From: Patellaria atrata CBS 101060
Lineage: Eukaryota
Length of the DNA: 64,000 nucleotides
Assembly: GCA_010093705.1 (NCBI GenBank)
Contig: MU006109.1
Span: 268,290 to 332,289, forward strand
Direction: 5' to 3'
The position numbers and the translations under genes are program-made. Each line of letters starts with the position of its first letter. The stretch's first letter is position 1. The notes under the pieces were generated by a model. The model made no database searches. It saw only the letters and a list, made by a program, of their open reading frames with translations, and was not told where the DNA came from. This document shows positions 14,228-27,297 of this stretch, one piece after another.

Positions 14228-14836
14228 ATGTCGTGGCTCACTGAATATAGCGCAGCTATCGATGCCCGTGATGCTCGAGAGAAATCACAGATTAAGTACA
14301 TTAACGCTTATACCGCCTTAGCTGACCGAACAGCTTCACTGAACAATATTCCCCAAGCACCTCCTCCACCATCTCCGCAGCTAGGCTCAAGTAAGGATAC
14401 TCTCAGAACACCGACGAAATCAAAGTCACCTGCTCAGGACACAACGCCACCGGGAGATACAGTAAATCAACTTCGTGCCGAGCTAGCTACTACTCAAAAG
14501 TCGCGCGCAGAACTTCAGAGCCAACTAAAACCCTTGACGGAGCATCTTGAGCAACTGAAGCTCCAAAATACGAAGAACACTCGGCTGATCTCTGCTCTAC
14601 AGCGAGAGAAAGATATCTTGGAGCGCCGGGTTCGTGACCGAGACGATGAGTTGAGAGGTAAAGCCTCCCTTGTCGAAGAAATTCAGGGCGAGATGCTCAC
14701 TTCGGACCTTGAGCGCAACATGGCTGTTCAGAAAGCGGAAAAGCTGGAAGCTGAAAATAGAGAGCTAGTGGAAAGGTGGATGAGACGGATGGAACACGAA
14801 GCAGATAGGATGAATGAGGGGAGTGGGTGGACATAA
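14228..14836 (+). CDS. ATG16: Autophagy protein Atg16 (short fungal form, coiled coil)
   Basis: MSWLTEYSAAIDARDAREK N-terminal helix, coiled coil, C-terminal ENRELVERWMRRMEHEADRMN. Confidence 0.9.
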   Translation: MSWLTEYSAAIDARDAREKSQIKYINAYTALADRTASLNNIPQAPPPPSPQLGSSKDTLRTPTKSKSPAQDTTPPGDTVNQLRAELATTQKSRAELQSQLKPLTEHLEQLKLQNTKNTRLISALQREKDILERRVRDRDDELRGKASLVEEIQGEMLTSDLERNMAVQKAEKLEAENRELVERWMRRMEHEADRMNEGSGWT

Positions 14837-15059
14837 TCGGAGGGTGGGAGCAAAGTGTAAACATACTAACGCAACTCGGATTATAGCCTGATATCAACCA
14901 TTTTGAGGCCTCTGGAAAGGAGATTGAATCCATCTATGAATATAAGGGGAGATTACCCTATCATGCCAGGTGTCCACGCTGTAACCTCTATACCCTGAAG
15001 CGCACTTACGCCAACCATGCAAAGGATCCTGATATAGCATATGGAATACGTCGTGTGCA

Positions 15060-16546
15060 CTACTGCTGGGCGCATTGGGTACCGCCTTCTTCGTCCTCAT
15101 CGTCATCCTCCCACGCGGCGCCTCCTCTCGGGTCATCAGAATCCGCACCCATATCATCTATATCGGCGTCGAACTCATATTCGACCTCATCTATGGTCTC
15201 AGCTGTGATCTCTGGTGCAGGATCTGGTAATATACCCTTAATCGCCTTCATCGTCGCCTCGTCTCTAATCCAGCCGTCCTCGGGGAAGTCGACTTCCACA
15301 ATTAGATATAGATCGCCCTTGGTATCGCTCCGTTTGATCGGCATTCCCTCTCCTTTGACTTTTAGGACCTGGCCTGGCCGTAGAACCTTTCCTTTAGAAT
15401 GGTGGACATTTAGTTGTATGCCTCTACCGTCTAGATGTTTCAAAACGACGCGGTTGAAACCCGTTAAAGCTTCAGCAAGCGTTACATTCAAGGGAGCCAT
15501 GAGATCGGCTCCAACGCGCTTGAAAACCGGATGATCATCCTCCTTTAAGGTAAATACAATATCCCCAGGCTCCTGATCCGGAAGTTGGTCCGCTTCGCCA
15601 GATAGGACCACCTTGTCACCCTCACGGCTTCCCGGAGGTATGTAGACCTCGAGGACCTTGCGTGTTTCAACGACTCTCTGACCTTTGCACTTCTTACAAC
15701 GATCTTTGTCTTTGTACACGGTGCCAACACCTTTGCACGTACCGCATGTGGTAGTCTCCTGAGTGACGAGACCAGGTGCTATTGAGCGAAGGCCGGTTGT
15801 AGTACCTATTAGGCACGAGCAATGTTAGCTCATTACGAGATATATGATAACCCGTCATGCAGAAGCGCATTTCCCCACCATGTGGCTTACCTTGCCCTTT
15901 ACACACCCCACAAGTATGTGGTTTCGCCTTTTCCTTTCCTCCACTGCCCTTGCAAATTGTACAAACCACGTTCTTCGTACTAGCAAATCTTGTTGTCTTT
16001 CCCTTATACAACTCTTCAAGGGTAACCTCGTACTCTTGCTCCTCATTCTTGCCCCTTCTCGGGACCTTCCTCCCCCCACCCATTCCTCCAGGCATTCCTC
16101 CCATACCCGGCATGCCTCCGCCCATTCCCATTCCGAACATCTGCTGTAGTATATCATCCAGGTCCACACCTTCACCAGGCATGCCGCCGGGTCTCGATCC
16201 GTCGAAGGCAGACATCCCATGTCGGTCGTAGACCTCGCGTTTATCGTCATCATAAAGAATCTCATACGCTTGAGAGACAGCTTTGAAACGTATTTCAGCG
16301 GTGGCACGTTCAGTCTCGGGGACCTTGTCTGGGTGGGAGGAGAGAGCGGCTTTGTGGTAGGCTTTCTTGATCTCAGCCTTGGAGGCGGAACGTGGGAGGG
16401 AGAGAATATCTGTCAAACAGTCTCGTTAGGTGCCTTGAAATATGATTGATATTGACTTAACGCACCGTAAAGATCTATTTCTTCTGCCACTATCGAGTTT
16501 GTGTTAGCAGAGAACTCCGCATAGATATGCGACATGTGCACTTACT
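15060..16546 (-). CDS. Type I DnaJ/Hsp40 (Ydj1/Xdj1-like) with CaaX box
   Basis: J-domain with HPD, G/M-rich linker, CxxCxGxG repeats, C-terminal CAQQ; three introns, the first splitting the ATG. Confidence 0.93.
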
Positions 16547-16790
16547 GATGGGCTGAGAGCCTTGCTTTCCTGATTTTCTTCGGACTGGGTTGCATGCGAG
16601 AGCAAAGAAGTATGAATGAAATATTTACATGAAGGGAAAAGTTTCAGGTAGGCCTTGTGTGACTGTTATTTGTTTATGTAACAAGAGCGCTCGAAGTTAG
16701 AAACTTCAATCGCGGATGTCATCGCGGTACAGGGAGCTTCATATACCTAAACCGCAATAATCTGAAGTTCACGAGCTCGGGCATAAGTGA

Positions 16791-18844
<2,054 letters not shown>

Positions 18845-19330
18845 GCACGAGATTTAAGAATATCCGGTATTTTCCTTATGAGGGGGAAGTTATTGTATTA
18901 CATATGTAATGTATATACGCTGTATGACTCTGTTCATCACTACCTCAATGAACCTAAGTACTAAGATACCTTCCCCTTTCTCCACCTATTAGAATTAACA
19001 CATCATACATACGTAAGTTGATTCAAAGTTACGGCTAAGTAGACTATCATACTAAGGAATGTAGGGGATGCTAAGATAAAAGTGGGATAATGATGTGATG
19101 TCGTTGTTCACCTTTCTAACACACTCGAGCTTTATATTGAGCGTCATTTTTGACACTTTTCAAGAGCACAGAGGATAACCCCTTGAAGATTTAAATTCCC
19201 CAACATCTCCTCGCTGTCCGTTACCCCCCCCAACGCGCCCAAAGACCCCTTTCTCCACGCACAATCTTTCACTTAGCACTCGTTTGCTCACCAAAAAGCA
19301 ACCACATAACCCATCCATGTCCACAACGCA

Positions 19331-19623
19331 GCAACAACGGACAACTAGCCTAGCGGTAAGATCAAAGCATAATGCTGCCTGGATAAGGCTCTAGGGTCGA
19401 TTCCCCGTTGTTGCCAGGTACGGAAACAAGACTTTCAAGCCCTCAACGTCAGTTAAGATAACCCTTAGAGACTTACCGTGGAACTAGCCTAGTCGCATAT
19501 ATTCCCGCAAGGGCGGACTAACATATAGGCAAGGACGGCTGACGAAAGGTGCGCGAGACGTGCTAGCAGCGCTGTTAAGCCTCATTGAGCGCGAAAGCTT
19601 AAAGATGTCTAATTTTCTTTTTT
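19331..19623 (+). ncRNA. Putative Pol III ncRNA, unit 2: tRNA-like head, ~190-nt structured trailer, oligo-T
   Basis: A-box TAGCCTAGCGG 19346-56; B-box-like GGGTCGATTCC 19394-404; 10-bp stem 19331-40/19405-14; nested trailer helices; T4/T6 at 19613-23. Confidence 0.6.
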
Positions 19624-19824
19624 CCTTTTTCAGGGAGAGCGGCGAGGTGTTAAAGATGGCTTACTACCTCGTACTCTACGATTAGGCAAGGGGTTACTAT
19701 ACAGACGGAGACTTGCAGTATAATGATACTATCAACTTTGATCTCACGTCAACCTTTGATCGGGTGAATGTAGATTTGAGAGCTAGCATTGTGGTAATAT
19801 TGAAGATTGTGTGATATAAATCGA

Positions 19825-22410
19825 CTACTTCTTCCTTTCCTTCGCCCTCTTTAAACCTCTGATATCCTTCTTTAATCTCGCATCAACCATCTTATACTTT
19901 CCCTTTGTTCCCTTAGGCCTGCCTGAAATACCCCTATTCCCGCCCCTCGCAACGACGACCTTGACCGTCCTCTTCGGCTTCTTCTTCGCAGCTTTAGCCA
20001 TCAGTTTCGCAACGCCATCCGCCTTCTCCCGCTCCGTCATGCCCTCTTCATCTAGCAGCAAGGCGGACTTTTTCTTCAACTTCTCGAGTCTCTGCGCCGC
20101 TTTAAACTTCTTCCTGTCCTTAGCCTCACGCACCTTCTTTATAGGTCGCGCATTTAGAGCCCGGAGTTTTTCTTTGATCGCTGCAGCAGCAGCAGCAGTA
20201 ATGGGACGTTGTGGTTTCGAATGGCGGTTTTCGTCGTCGAGGAACCAGTCGGGAAGACCGTCGACATCGCGGAGGGAGTACTTGTTAAAACCGTCATCGA
20301 GGAGATCGTGTTTAGATTTCTGGCCGGTAGCAATTTGCTGAGCGAGTGTCATAGCTTCGGCAGTGATGATGTCGATATCAGGACGACCATTCTTCATAGG
20401 CTCTGAATCCTTCTCCCATGTCGTTTCGTCCCGTTTGACGACCTCGAAACCACTCTCGTCATCTTCTGAGGAGTCGTCCTCGTGTGTGTCAAGCCGAGGA
20501 CGGAATTCTGTTTTCGATACTTTCTTTAGACGTTCCGGAAGGGTGGTTGACTCGGGTGAATTCGCATTATTTTCAACGTCGATACCGCTATCAGAATCAA
20601 CGTCCCCGTCTAAACCATCTATGCCTTTGAATATGTCCTGATCGAAGAACATTGCTGCTCTTTTGGTGAGACCGTTGGAAACCGTGCCATTATCCTCTAA
20701 TTCGGTAATCAACTTCTTTCCGGGACCCTCTTCTTCGTTTGATGATTCATCGCTTGCGTCATCTTCAACAATGTCCTCATCACTGCTGACCTCCCTATCG
20801 GAGAACCCCACGAATTCTTCATCTTCATGCTCTTTTCGCGCCTTCTTCGCTCGATATTTGGCATCCACTTCTGATTTGCGTTCCTGATACTGCTCATACA
20901 TATTATCTAATTCTCTTTCTAGTAGATCTGCATCCGAATCGCTATCATACTCTTCCTCGCTTGGTTCCTCTTCCTTTTGCTCTTGCACAACTGTATGCAT
21001 TTTTCCTTTTACCACTTTAGATAACACTCCCGCTTTATCGACCGCTTTGAGTTCAAAAATAGCGTCTTCACCCATCGGTCCATTCTGCTCCATACCTATC
21101 TCCATCGGGGTTGTCATGTTCATTTGCATGCGCACAATCTCCTTTTGCTTCCGCTCGTTTTCCTTTCGTCTCTCTTTTTTTTTCTCCTTATTACTCTGAT
21201 CCCGTAAGCGCTGCATTTCTTCCTGTAGTTTCAGCTCTTCATCCATGGACTCAACTTCAGCGACTTCCTCTTCTGCTTCAGCTTCTGCTTCCATTTCCTT
21301 CTTTTTGGAGGGAAAACCGAATACATGTCGAACCTTTAGTCTCCACCTGAGTAGAAGTTTGAAGTCTTTTCTTCCCAACACCTTAAGATCAGCACAGCAA
21401 TCTCGGATTTCTTGCGTTGTCTCTGGTAGCTTGTCAAGTGTGGCGAGCGCGATATCTCCATTCTTGGGCTGTCCGAAACTGAGCTTATTCAAGCTCCCTA
21501 GCATAGCAATAGGATCTGTTGTCTGAATGAACTCGCTTGCAGGTGCTTCTTTGAATTGTGTCCAATCATCCTCCTCATAACCCTGACGTTTTCGTTTCTT
21601 GACTTCTGGGTTGAAAACTTTGGCCTCATTGTTGGGAGTAGGATCTGCTAGTTCTGCAAACACGGATCGAGGGTCAAGGAACTTTGAATCAATCTTCTTA
21701 GGCGCTTTATATCCACGGCAAACCACGAATATCTCGGCTGAGACGTTCCTAGAAGATGGCGGTTTTGTAGCCTCAACCTTCATGAATAGCTGATTGAAAA
21801 CCCATAGTAAGGGATTATAATCCTTCGATCTGAACACCTTTGTGACAAATGTACCGCCAGGCGCTAGAAAATCCGTGGCTAACCGTAACGATTGTAAAAC
21901 CAGCTCTGCTTGAGAGAAAGCATCCTGGACCCAAGCGGTACCAACATTGGGCGCCCCATCATGGAGTACTGTATCCGCTTTCCAAGTCTTCAGATGCTGT
22001 CTGATTGTGGCGCGGCATTTGTCCGTAGTGATATCGCTCTGGAAGGTAATACATCGAGGAATTGGCTTGATAGGTGAAAGATCGACGCCTATAATCAGGC
22101 TGTTCGCAGGCATAACCTCTGCGGCGACTTGACACCATGACTATTCTCATTAGAACAAACTTAGGCTTCTATAAGAGGGAAGAAACATACCCCCGGCGCG
22201 GCGCAAAGGTCTATCAATACCTTGCTCTTTTCCAGAAAGTTGTATTTCTTGTTTAGCTGAATTAATTTGAATGCTGCACGAGCTCTGTAACCCTTCTCTT
22301 TTGCTAACTTGTACCATTTATCGAGACGGCCTTTTCCGTGCTAAGCGACAAATCAGCTACTGTCCTCTGCAGAAAGATATTTCTAAACTCACTTTCTTCT
22401 GGATAGCCAT
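19825..22410 (-). CDS. SPB1: rRNA 2'-O-methyltransferase Spb1 (FtsJ/RrmJ family)
   Basis: MAIQKK | ..[35 protein letters not shown] | [27 protein letters not shown]-terminal [14 protein letters not shown]. Confidence 0.97.
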
Positions 22411-22655
22411 CTTTTGGGGTGTGGTGATAGTGTGTTTCGCTCCGAAATACTAATCCAACTTTTCTCGGTGGAGGAAACATTTCTGCCAAGATTTTGCGGC
22501 TTCCCGCTCACCGCCTTCAGGTCTGATCTTATCAGGCGGTCCGTGTCGGGGCCTATGATGACATAACGAGCCGCGAGACCTCCTGCTCCATCCAAAGGAC
22601 AAAGGTTAGCTATTCCTAGCACTCTTCACTTAATACGCTCAATCTAGCAAGGTAG

Positions 22656-25496
22656 ATGCTTAATGACTATAAACGTCGCTTCAGCCTCTTAGATAGACTC
22701 AACGATCACCTCTCTATGCCGCAAAAGAAGTCCAAACCGAACCCCAAGGCGCCAGCCATCACCTCTATAAGTACACCAGAAGTGGACAACACAACAGCTT
22801 ATCTCGAACCCCCAAAAGCGCCGGATACTTCGCAATCATCCCTTGCAGAGACATCTCAAGCTTCACTACCCCAAAGCTCAAAGTCAACTCACTCAAAGGA
22901 TGATGGGTTTGAAACACAAACACCGGAGTCCCAAGACAACAAGTTGAGAAGAAAGAGCTGGTATAATTCCGGGAATTGGAAGTCAAAGCCGGTGGCACAA
23001 GTAGCTAAAGAGAGTATCTCGTCCGCAGGAGGTGTCACGTCCGAGCTAGTAGCAGAGAGTAAACAGGTTGCTAAGAACGCCCTACCTGCTCGACTCTTGT
23101 CTGGGAGTATGAGACGTCCTAGCAAAGGAAATACTTTAGCTGCATCTACTACGAAACTTAATGTTACTTCAAACGGTGTAAGCAGTTCCGCGACTAGTGT
23201 TCAGGGAGAACAGTCCGCATCAACATCCAATCTGACCGAGCCGAGTCCGCCATTACCACCCGATCCTACCCAGGCCCAAACGGCGCAAGGAAATTCCGTC
23301 GTGGATGGAAAGAAAGAGGAAGGTGGTCAGGTACAATCAGATGATTTAAAGAAGCCTGCGACGACTACCTCCAGCTGGCGTGGCTGGTGGTCCAAGCCAG
23401 ATGTAGATGAGACCGATACCGGGCGCGCGAAGCAGGTTGATAAAGAAGCAGAGGCAGCTTCAGAAGATGCACAGAAAACGCCACTCCCGGGAATATCACC
23501 ATTCGAGACGCCAGCGGACAAACCAATACTGGATGTAGTGGACGATAAACCACCACAAGAATCCGCGGGACCCCTGAATGGCTCTACACAATCAAAGGAA
23601 GATACTGCCCCAGATAAGGACACCCAAAGTAGATCATGGTTCTGGCTATGGAGCACTGCACAAAATGCGAAGAATACATCAGAAGAGCCTGCTCCCGAGT
23701 CAGCTCCCTTAGAACAGGTGGTGACATCAAACGAGGTTTCAAAGCCACAGGTTGGAAAGAAAGATGAGCCTCCGCACGTGCTGTTGACTGGCGATGATAA
23801 GGGTGGGATAGATAAGAAGAAAGATCCGGAAGACAAGAAAGACCCTGCCTTTAAATCCTCTCTACCAAAATCTTCAGGCTGGGCATTCTGGTCTAAGGAC
23901 AAACCTAAAACAGATGGAGGGTCTGATACCGACTCAACTCATAAACAGATTGGAGAATTAGCAGTATCAGATACCCCTTCTCAGTCACATCCAGAAGCTG
24001 CACAGTTCAACGAACACGATAACTCAAAAGACAAAGACGCTTCAAAGGAATCTTCGAAACCGAGAGGTCGACAGACCAAAACGAAAACAACAACAACCAA
24101 ACCACCTACGCCAGCAAAAGCTTCTCCTTCTCACAGTCCGACACGCAAGGCCGCAGATCTTCTTGAAGCAACAAAGCAGATACCTAAGGGACCAGCAAAC
24201 CTTCTTTTACCCAGATTCGAGGGCACGTACTCTCTAGCCCAGTCATCATCCTATTGGCAGCAGCTCCGCAATTATTTCCTAGGTGCAGATGTTGAACAAC
24301 CTCAAGTTCACATTTCGTCCCATCCTCCAAAGATCAAGAAAGCCCTCGCTATTGGGATTCATGGCTTCTTCCCTTCACCCATATTTCAAAAGGTGCTGGG
24401 ACAACCTACGGGCACATCAATACGTTTTGCAAATGCAGCTGCTACCTCGATTAAGAACTGGACAGACGCACATGGTTACTCCTGCGAAATCGAGAAAGTA
24501 GCTTTGGAGGGCGAAGGGACTATTGCTGATCGCGTCGAAATATTGTGGAAGTTGCTGCTTAACTGGTTCGAAGATATCAAGACGTCTGACTTCATTCTAG
24601 TCGCATGTCACTCACAAGGTGTACCTGTAGCTATCATGTTGGTCGCAAAACTGATACAGTTCGGTTGCGTTAACGCTGCAAGAATAGGGATATGTGCCAT
24701 GGCCGGTGTTAACCTGGGTCCCTTTGCAGAGTACAAATCTCGATTCTTTGGTGGATCAGCGAGTGAGCTCTTTGAGTTCTGCAATCCAAAGAGCGCCGTC
24801 TCGACTATGTACGCTGATGCTTTAGATGTTGTACTCCGTCATGGCGTTCGCATTGTCTACATTGGTAGCATCGACGACCAGCTCGTTTCGCTCGAATCCT
24901 CCACCTTCTCAACAATATCTCATCCCTATATCTACCGTGCGGTCTTCGTTGATGGTAGGATTCATGCACCGGACTTTATAACCCATCTTGTCGGGTTTGC
25001 ACTCAAGCTACGAAATCTGGGTATTCCAGACCATGGGCTAGTAAGGGAGTTGTCACCTGCTATGGCAGGCTCATTATATTCCGGTGAAGGCCACTCCCGT
25101 ATATATGATGACCCAGCTGTCTACGACCTCGCTGTTCGCCATGCTCTTGAGACGACTGATCTCCCAGCGCTGTCAACGCTTACTACTAGATTAGCAAACG
25201 CTACATCTTCTATACGACCCACAACTTCATCATCTACCAACTCACCGGTCAATTTGAAGGCTATCTCAAACCCTTATCTTCAGATCCAGAACTATGAGGG
25301 ACCTGCTAGTAGTGCGAATAGCAATCCATATATTCTACCATGGGCAATGCGTGGCTTGCTAGAAGAAGAATTTGTCAAGAAAGACGCTGCGAATGAGGTT
25401 AAGGACCTAGTGAAACTTTTTGAGGACTGGAAGCCTAATACGAAGGTGCTGAGGGATGTGAAGTTTAGACTTGAGGCTGTAAGGTCGAAGCTATGA
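22656..25496 (+). CDS. Conserved fungal protein, YML020W-like (disordered N-terminus, alpha/beta-hydrolase-like C-terminus)
   Basis: 946-aa ORF; AIGIHGFFP..VLGQPTGTSIRFA, ACHSQG nucleophile-elbow-like motif, GEGHSRIYDD, NPYILPWAMRGL. Confidence 0.85.
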   Translation: MLNDYKRRFSLLDRLNDHLSMPQKKSKPNPKAPAITSISTPEVDNTTAYLEPPKAPDTSQSSLAETSQASLPQSSKSTHSKDDGFETQTPESQDNKLRRKSWYNSGNWKSKPVAQVAKESISSAGGVTSELVAESKQVAKNALPARLLSGSMRRPSKGNTLAASTTKLNVTSNGVSSSATSVQGEQSASTSNLTEPSPPLPPDPTQAQTAQGNSVVDGKKEEGGQVQSDDLKKPATTTSSWRGWWSKPDVDETDTGRAKQVDKEAEAASEDAQKTPLPGISPFETPADKPILDVVDDKPPQESAGPLNGSTQSKEDTAPDKDTQSRSWFWLWSTAQNAKNTSEEPAPESAPLEQVVTSNEVSKPQVGKKDEPPHVLLTGDDKGGIDKKKDPEDKKDPAFKSSLPKSSGWAFWSKDKPKTDGGSDTDSTHKQIGELAVSDTPSQSHPEAAQFNEHDNSKDKDASKESSKPRGRQTKTKTTTTKPPTPAKASPSHSPTRKAADLLEATKQIPKGPANLLLPRFEGTYSLAQSSSYWQQLRNYFLGADVEQPQVHISSHPPKIKKALAIGIHGFFPSPIFQKVLGQPTGTSIRFANAAATSIKNWTDAHGYSCEIEKVALEGEGTIADRVEILWKLLLNWFEDIKTSDFILVACHSQGVPVAIMLVAKLIQFGCVNAARIGICAMAGVNLGPFAEYKSRFFGGSASELFEFCNPKSAVSTMYADALDVVLRHGVRIVYIGSIDDQLVSLESSTFSTISHPYIYRAVFVDGRIHAPDFITHLVGFALKLRNLGIPDHGLVRELSPAMAGSLYSGEGHSRIYDDPAVYDLAVRHALETTDLPALSTLTTRLANATSSIRPTTSSSTNSPVNLKAISNPYLQIQNYEGPASSANSNPYILPWAMRGLLEEEFVKKDAANEVKDLVKLFEDWKPNTKVLRDVKFRLEAVRSKL

Positions 25497-25847
25497 GAGT
25501 TGGGCAAGACCGGGTCTCACATCATGTAAATAGACTAACGGAAGAACTGAATATATTTAGCGGGTGTTAGGGACCTTCGGAGGGTTTAAGATCTCCTGAT
25601 AGAGGATTGGTATAGTATTGCGGGAGCAACCTTTAACGAATATAAGAATCCACAATGTAATGGAGCCTGGGGTGGCATGTTTGATTTTGAAGCATCCGAT
25701 AACTCGATATATCATATGATATCATCACTTGTGAGGACAATCATCTCATCCCATCATATAAGATCCTCAATCCTTTCTATGCCCTATGTGGACCAATACT
25801 CCATGGTAGGTCATAAACGCCATTACTCAGTTTCGGCTTCCCATATC

Positions 25848-26331
25848 TTAATCATCGCCACCGTAAAATATCTCTTTATATCTGTGCGTCGCATCGACGA
25901 CCGCCTCGCTGGCTGCAAAATCTGATATCGTGTCAGTATGACTATTCTTCTCATCCCATCCCTCTCCACCAGTCACCTACCTATACCAGTCCCAAAATCT
26001 GTACTCGTAAGAACACGTACGGTAAGGTCATTCTGGACCTTCCCGATAATCTCAACCGCATGATTCGGCACAAGATGGGAGTCCTACAATTACACAAAAC
26101 CGCGTATTAGCGACGCGTCTTTTCCCCACCGCAAAGGACTCCTGGGTCAGAGCGAAGTGCAAGGTTTATGGAAAGTTTGCATACCCGATTCAGGATGACA
26201 TTAATCTCACCGCCGGCATCCACAGTCGCCTGCTCGCCGCGGATCTGCACCACCTTCCCTAATATCCGGACGGTCTGGTGCGTGAAGCTCTCGAGGAACT
26301 GCGCCGTGATGCGCGGTGTCGATTCCGTCAT
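25848..26331 (-). CDS. RFA3: Replication protein A 14-kDa subunit (3 exons)
   Basis: MTESTPRITAQFLESFTHQTVRILGKV..ILNR | DSHLVPNHAVEIIGKVQNDLTVRVLTSTDFG | DFAASEAVVDATHRYKEIFY. Confidence 0.92.
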
Positions 26332-26454
26332 GTCGAAATAGAATCGCAGGTCTCGGAGATACGTATTGTTAGTCTCAAATTCTGTTTGGTCGTCGAGGGT
26401 GGGTGGGAGAAATTGTTTAAGAAGGCGGATGGTGAGGTGGAAGAGGAGGATCAT

Positions 26455-26475
26455 GGTGGTGGTGGTGGTGGTGGT
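26455..26475. repeat. (GGT)n microsatellite upstream of RFA3
   Basis: ggtggtggtggtggtggtggt seen directly. Confidence 0.8.
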
Positions 26476-27297
26476 GGGGAAAAGGCGAACGCGAAAGCGC
26501 GACACGGCATCACGTGAGATGGCGATAAATCGATGGGAAGGCTGGGAATTTATACCTGCTGCTGAGGTTTAGAGAGGGCATTTTGGGCGTTCTTTTGCCA
26601 CTGTGGTGGCATACTAGAGAGCTGATTAGGGGTTTGTCGCCTGAGTGTGGGAGGGGACATTGGGGGATGATTGGTGCTGAAGCGATGAAGGCTAGGCAGA
26701 TGAGGTTCTGCGGTACGTTGTATCTACTCGATGGTATGGTGTAGTGTAGGCGAGTATGAAGGCGGTTAATGTACGGTAGCTATCTATTTTATCTATTTGA
26801 CACGTTCGTGGCACTGGTGATGCCTCGCTGTAGCGTCGAGGATGAATCCATCGCGGTGGCATCATTGATCGCGGGGTAGAATTTGGGGTGAGCTTCCCGT
26901 CCGGAGGTGGCATGGACTCGATGTTCATTTCTCGAGGGATGAATTCTTGGTGTAGCGATTGTACCGTATGACCATCAAAGTATGAATCATAATCGTCTTG
27001 AACTTTGACAAGATGACTGTCCCTCCAACTGTGCCACAACATCTCAGTGGGATGACTCCGCTGGGTACCTTATATATTCCGCTTCGCGACTCTAAGAATT
27101 CATTTCATCTCCGATGCGATCAACTTCCTCTTCAAACAACAATAACTGACTGGAGCTTCAATGACGGCGCGCCTCAATAATCTCATGGACAGATATCGAA
27201 AAATTCACATTCGAATAAATTGTTTACGATTAAAAACTTGAATCGAATTACTTTGCGATAAACTTAGAAATATTGAACGTACAGTTGTAATTTGAAC

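Noticed and set aside
19459..19467. TAACCCTTA in unit 2 as a telomerase RNA template
   Set aside because: It does not match the TAACCCTAA needed for TTAGGG, I see no U/A-rich pseudoknot directly after it, and described filamentous-ascomycete telomerase RNAs are much longer. Revisit only if the telomeres prove to be TTAAGGG.
19539..19600. CTGACGA...GAAA as a hammerhead ribozyme core
   Set aside because: Stem II does not start directly after CUGANGA, no stem I/III with a UH site could be built, and CTGACG is better explained by pairing with 19447-54.
26692..27180. Short ORFs between RFA3 and GTPBP1
   Set aside because: No recognisable motif; they lie in a divergent promoter region.
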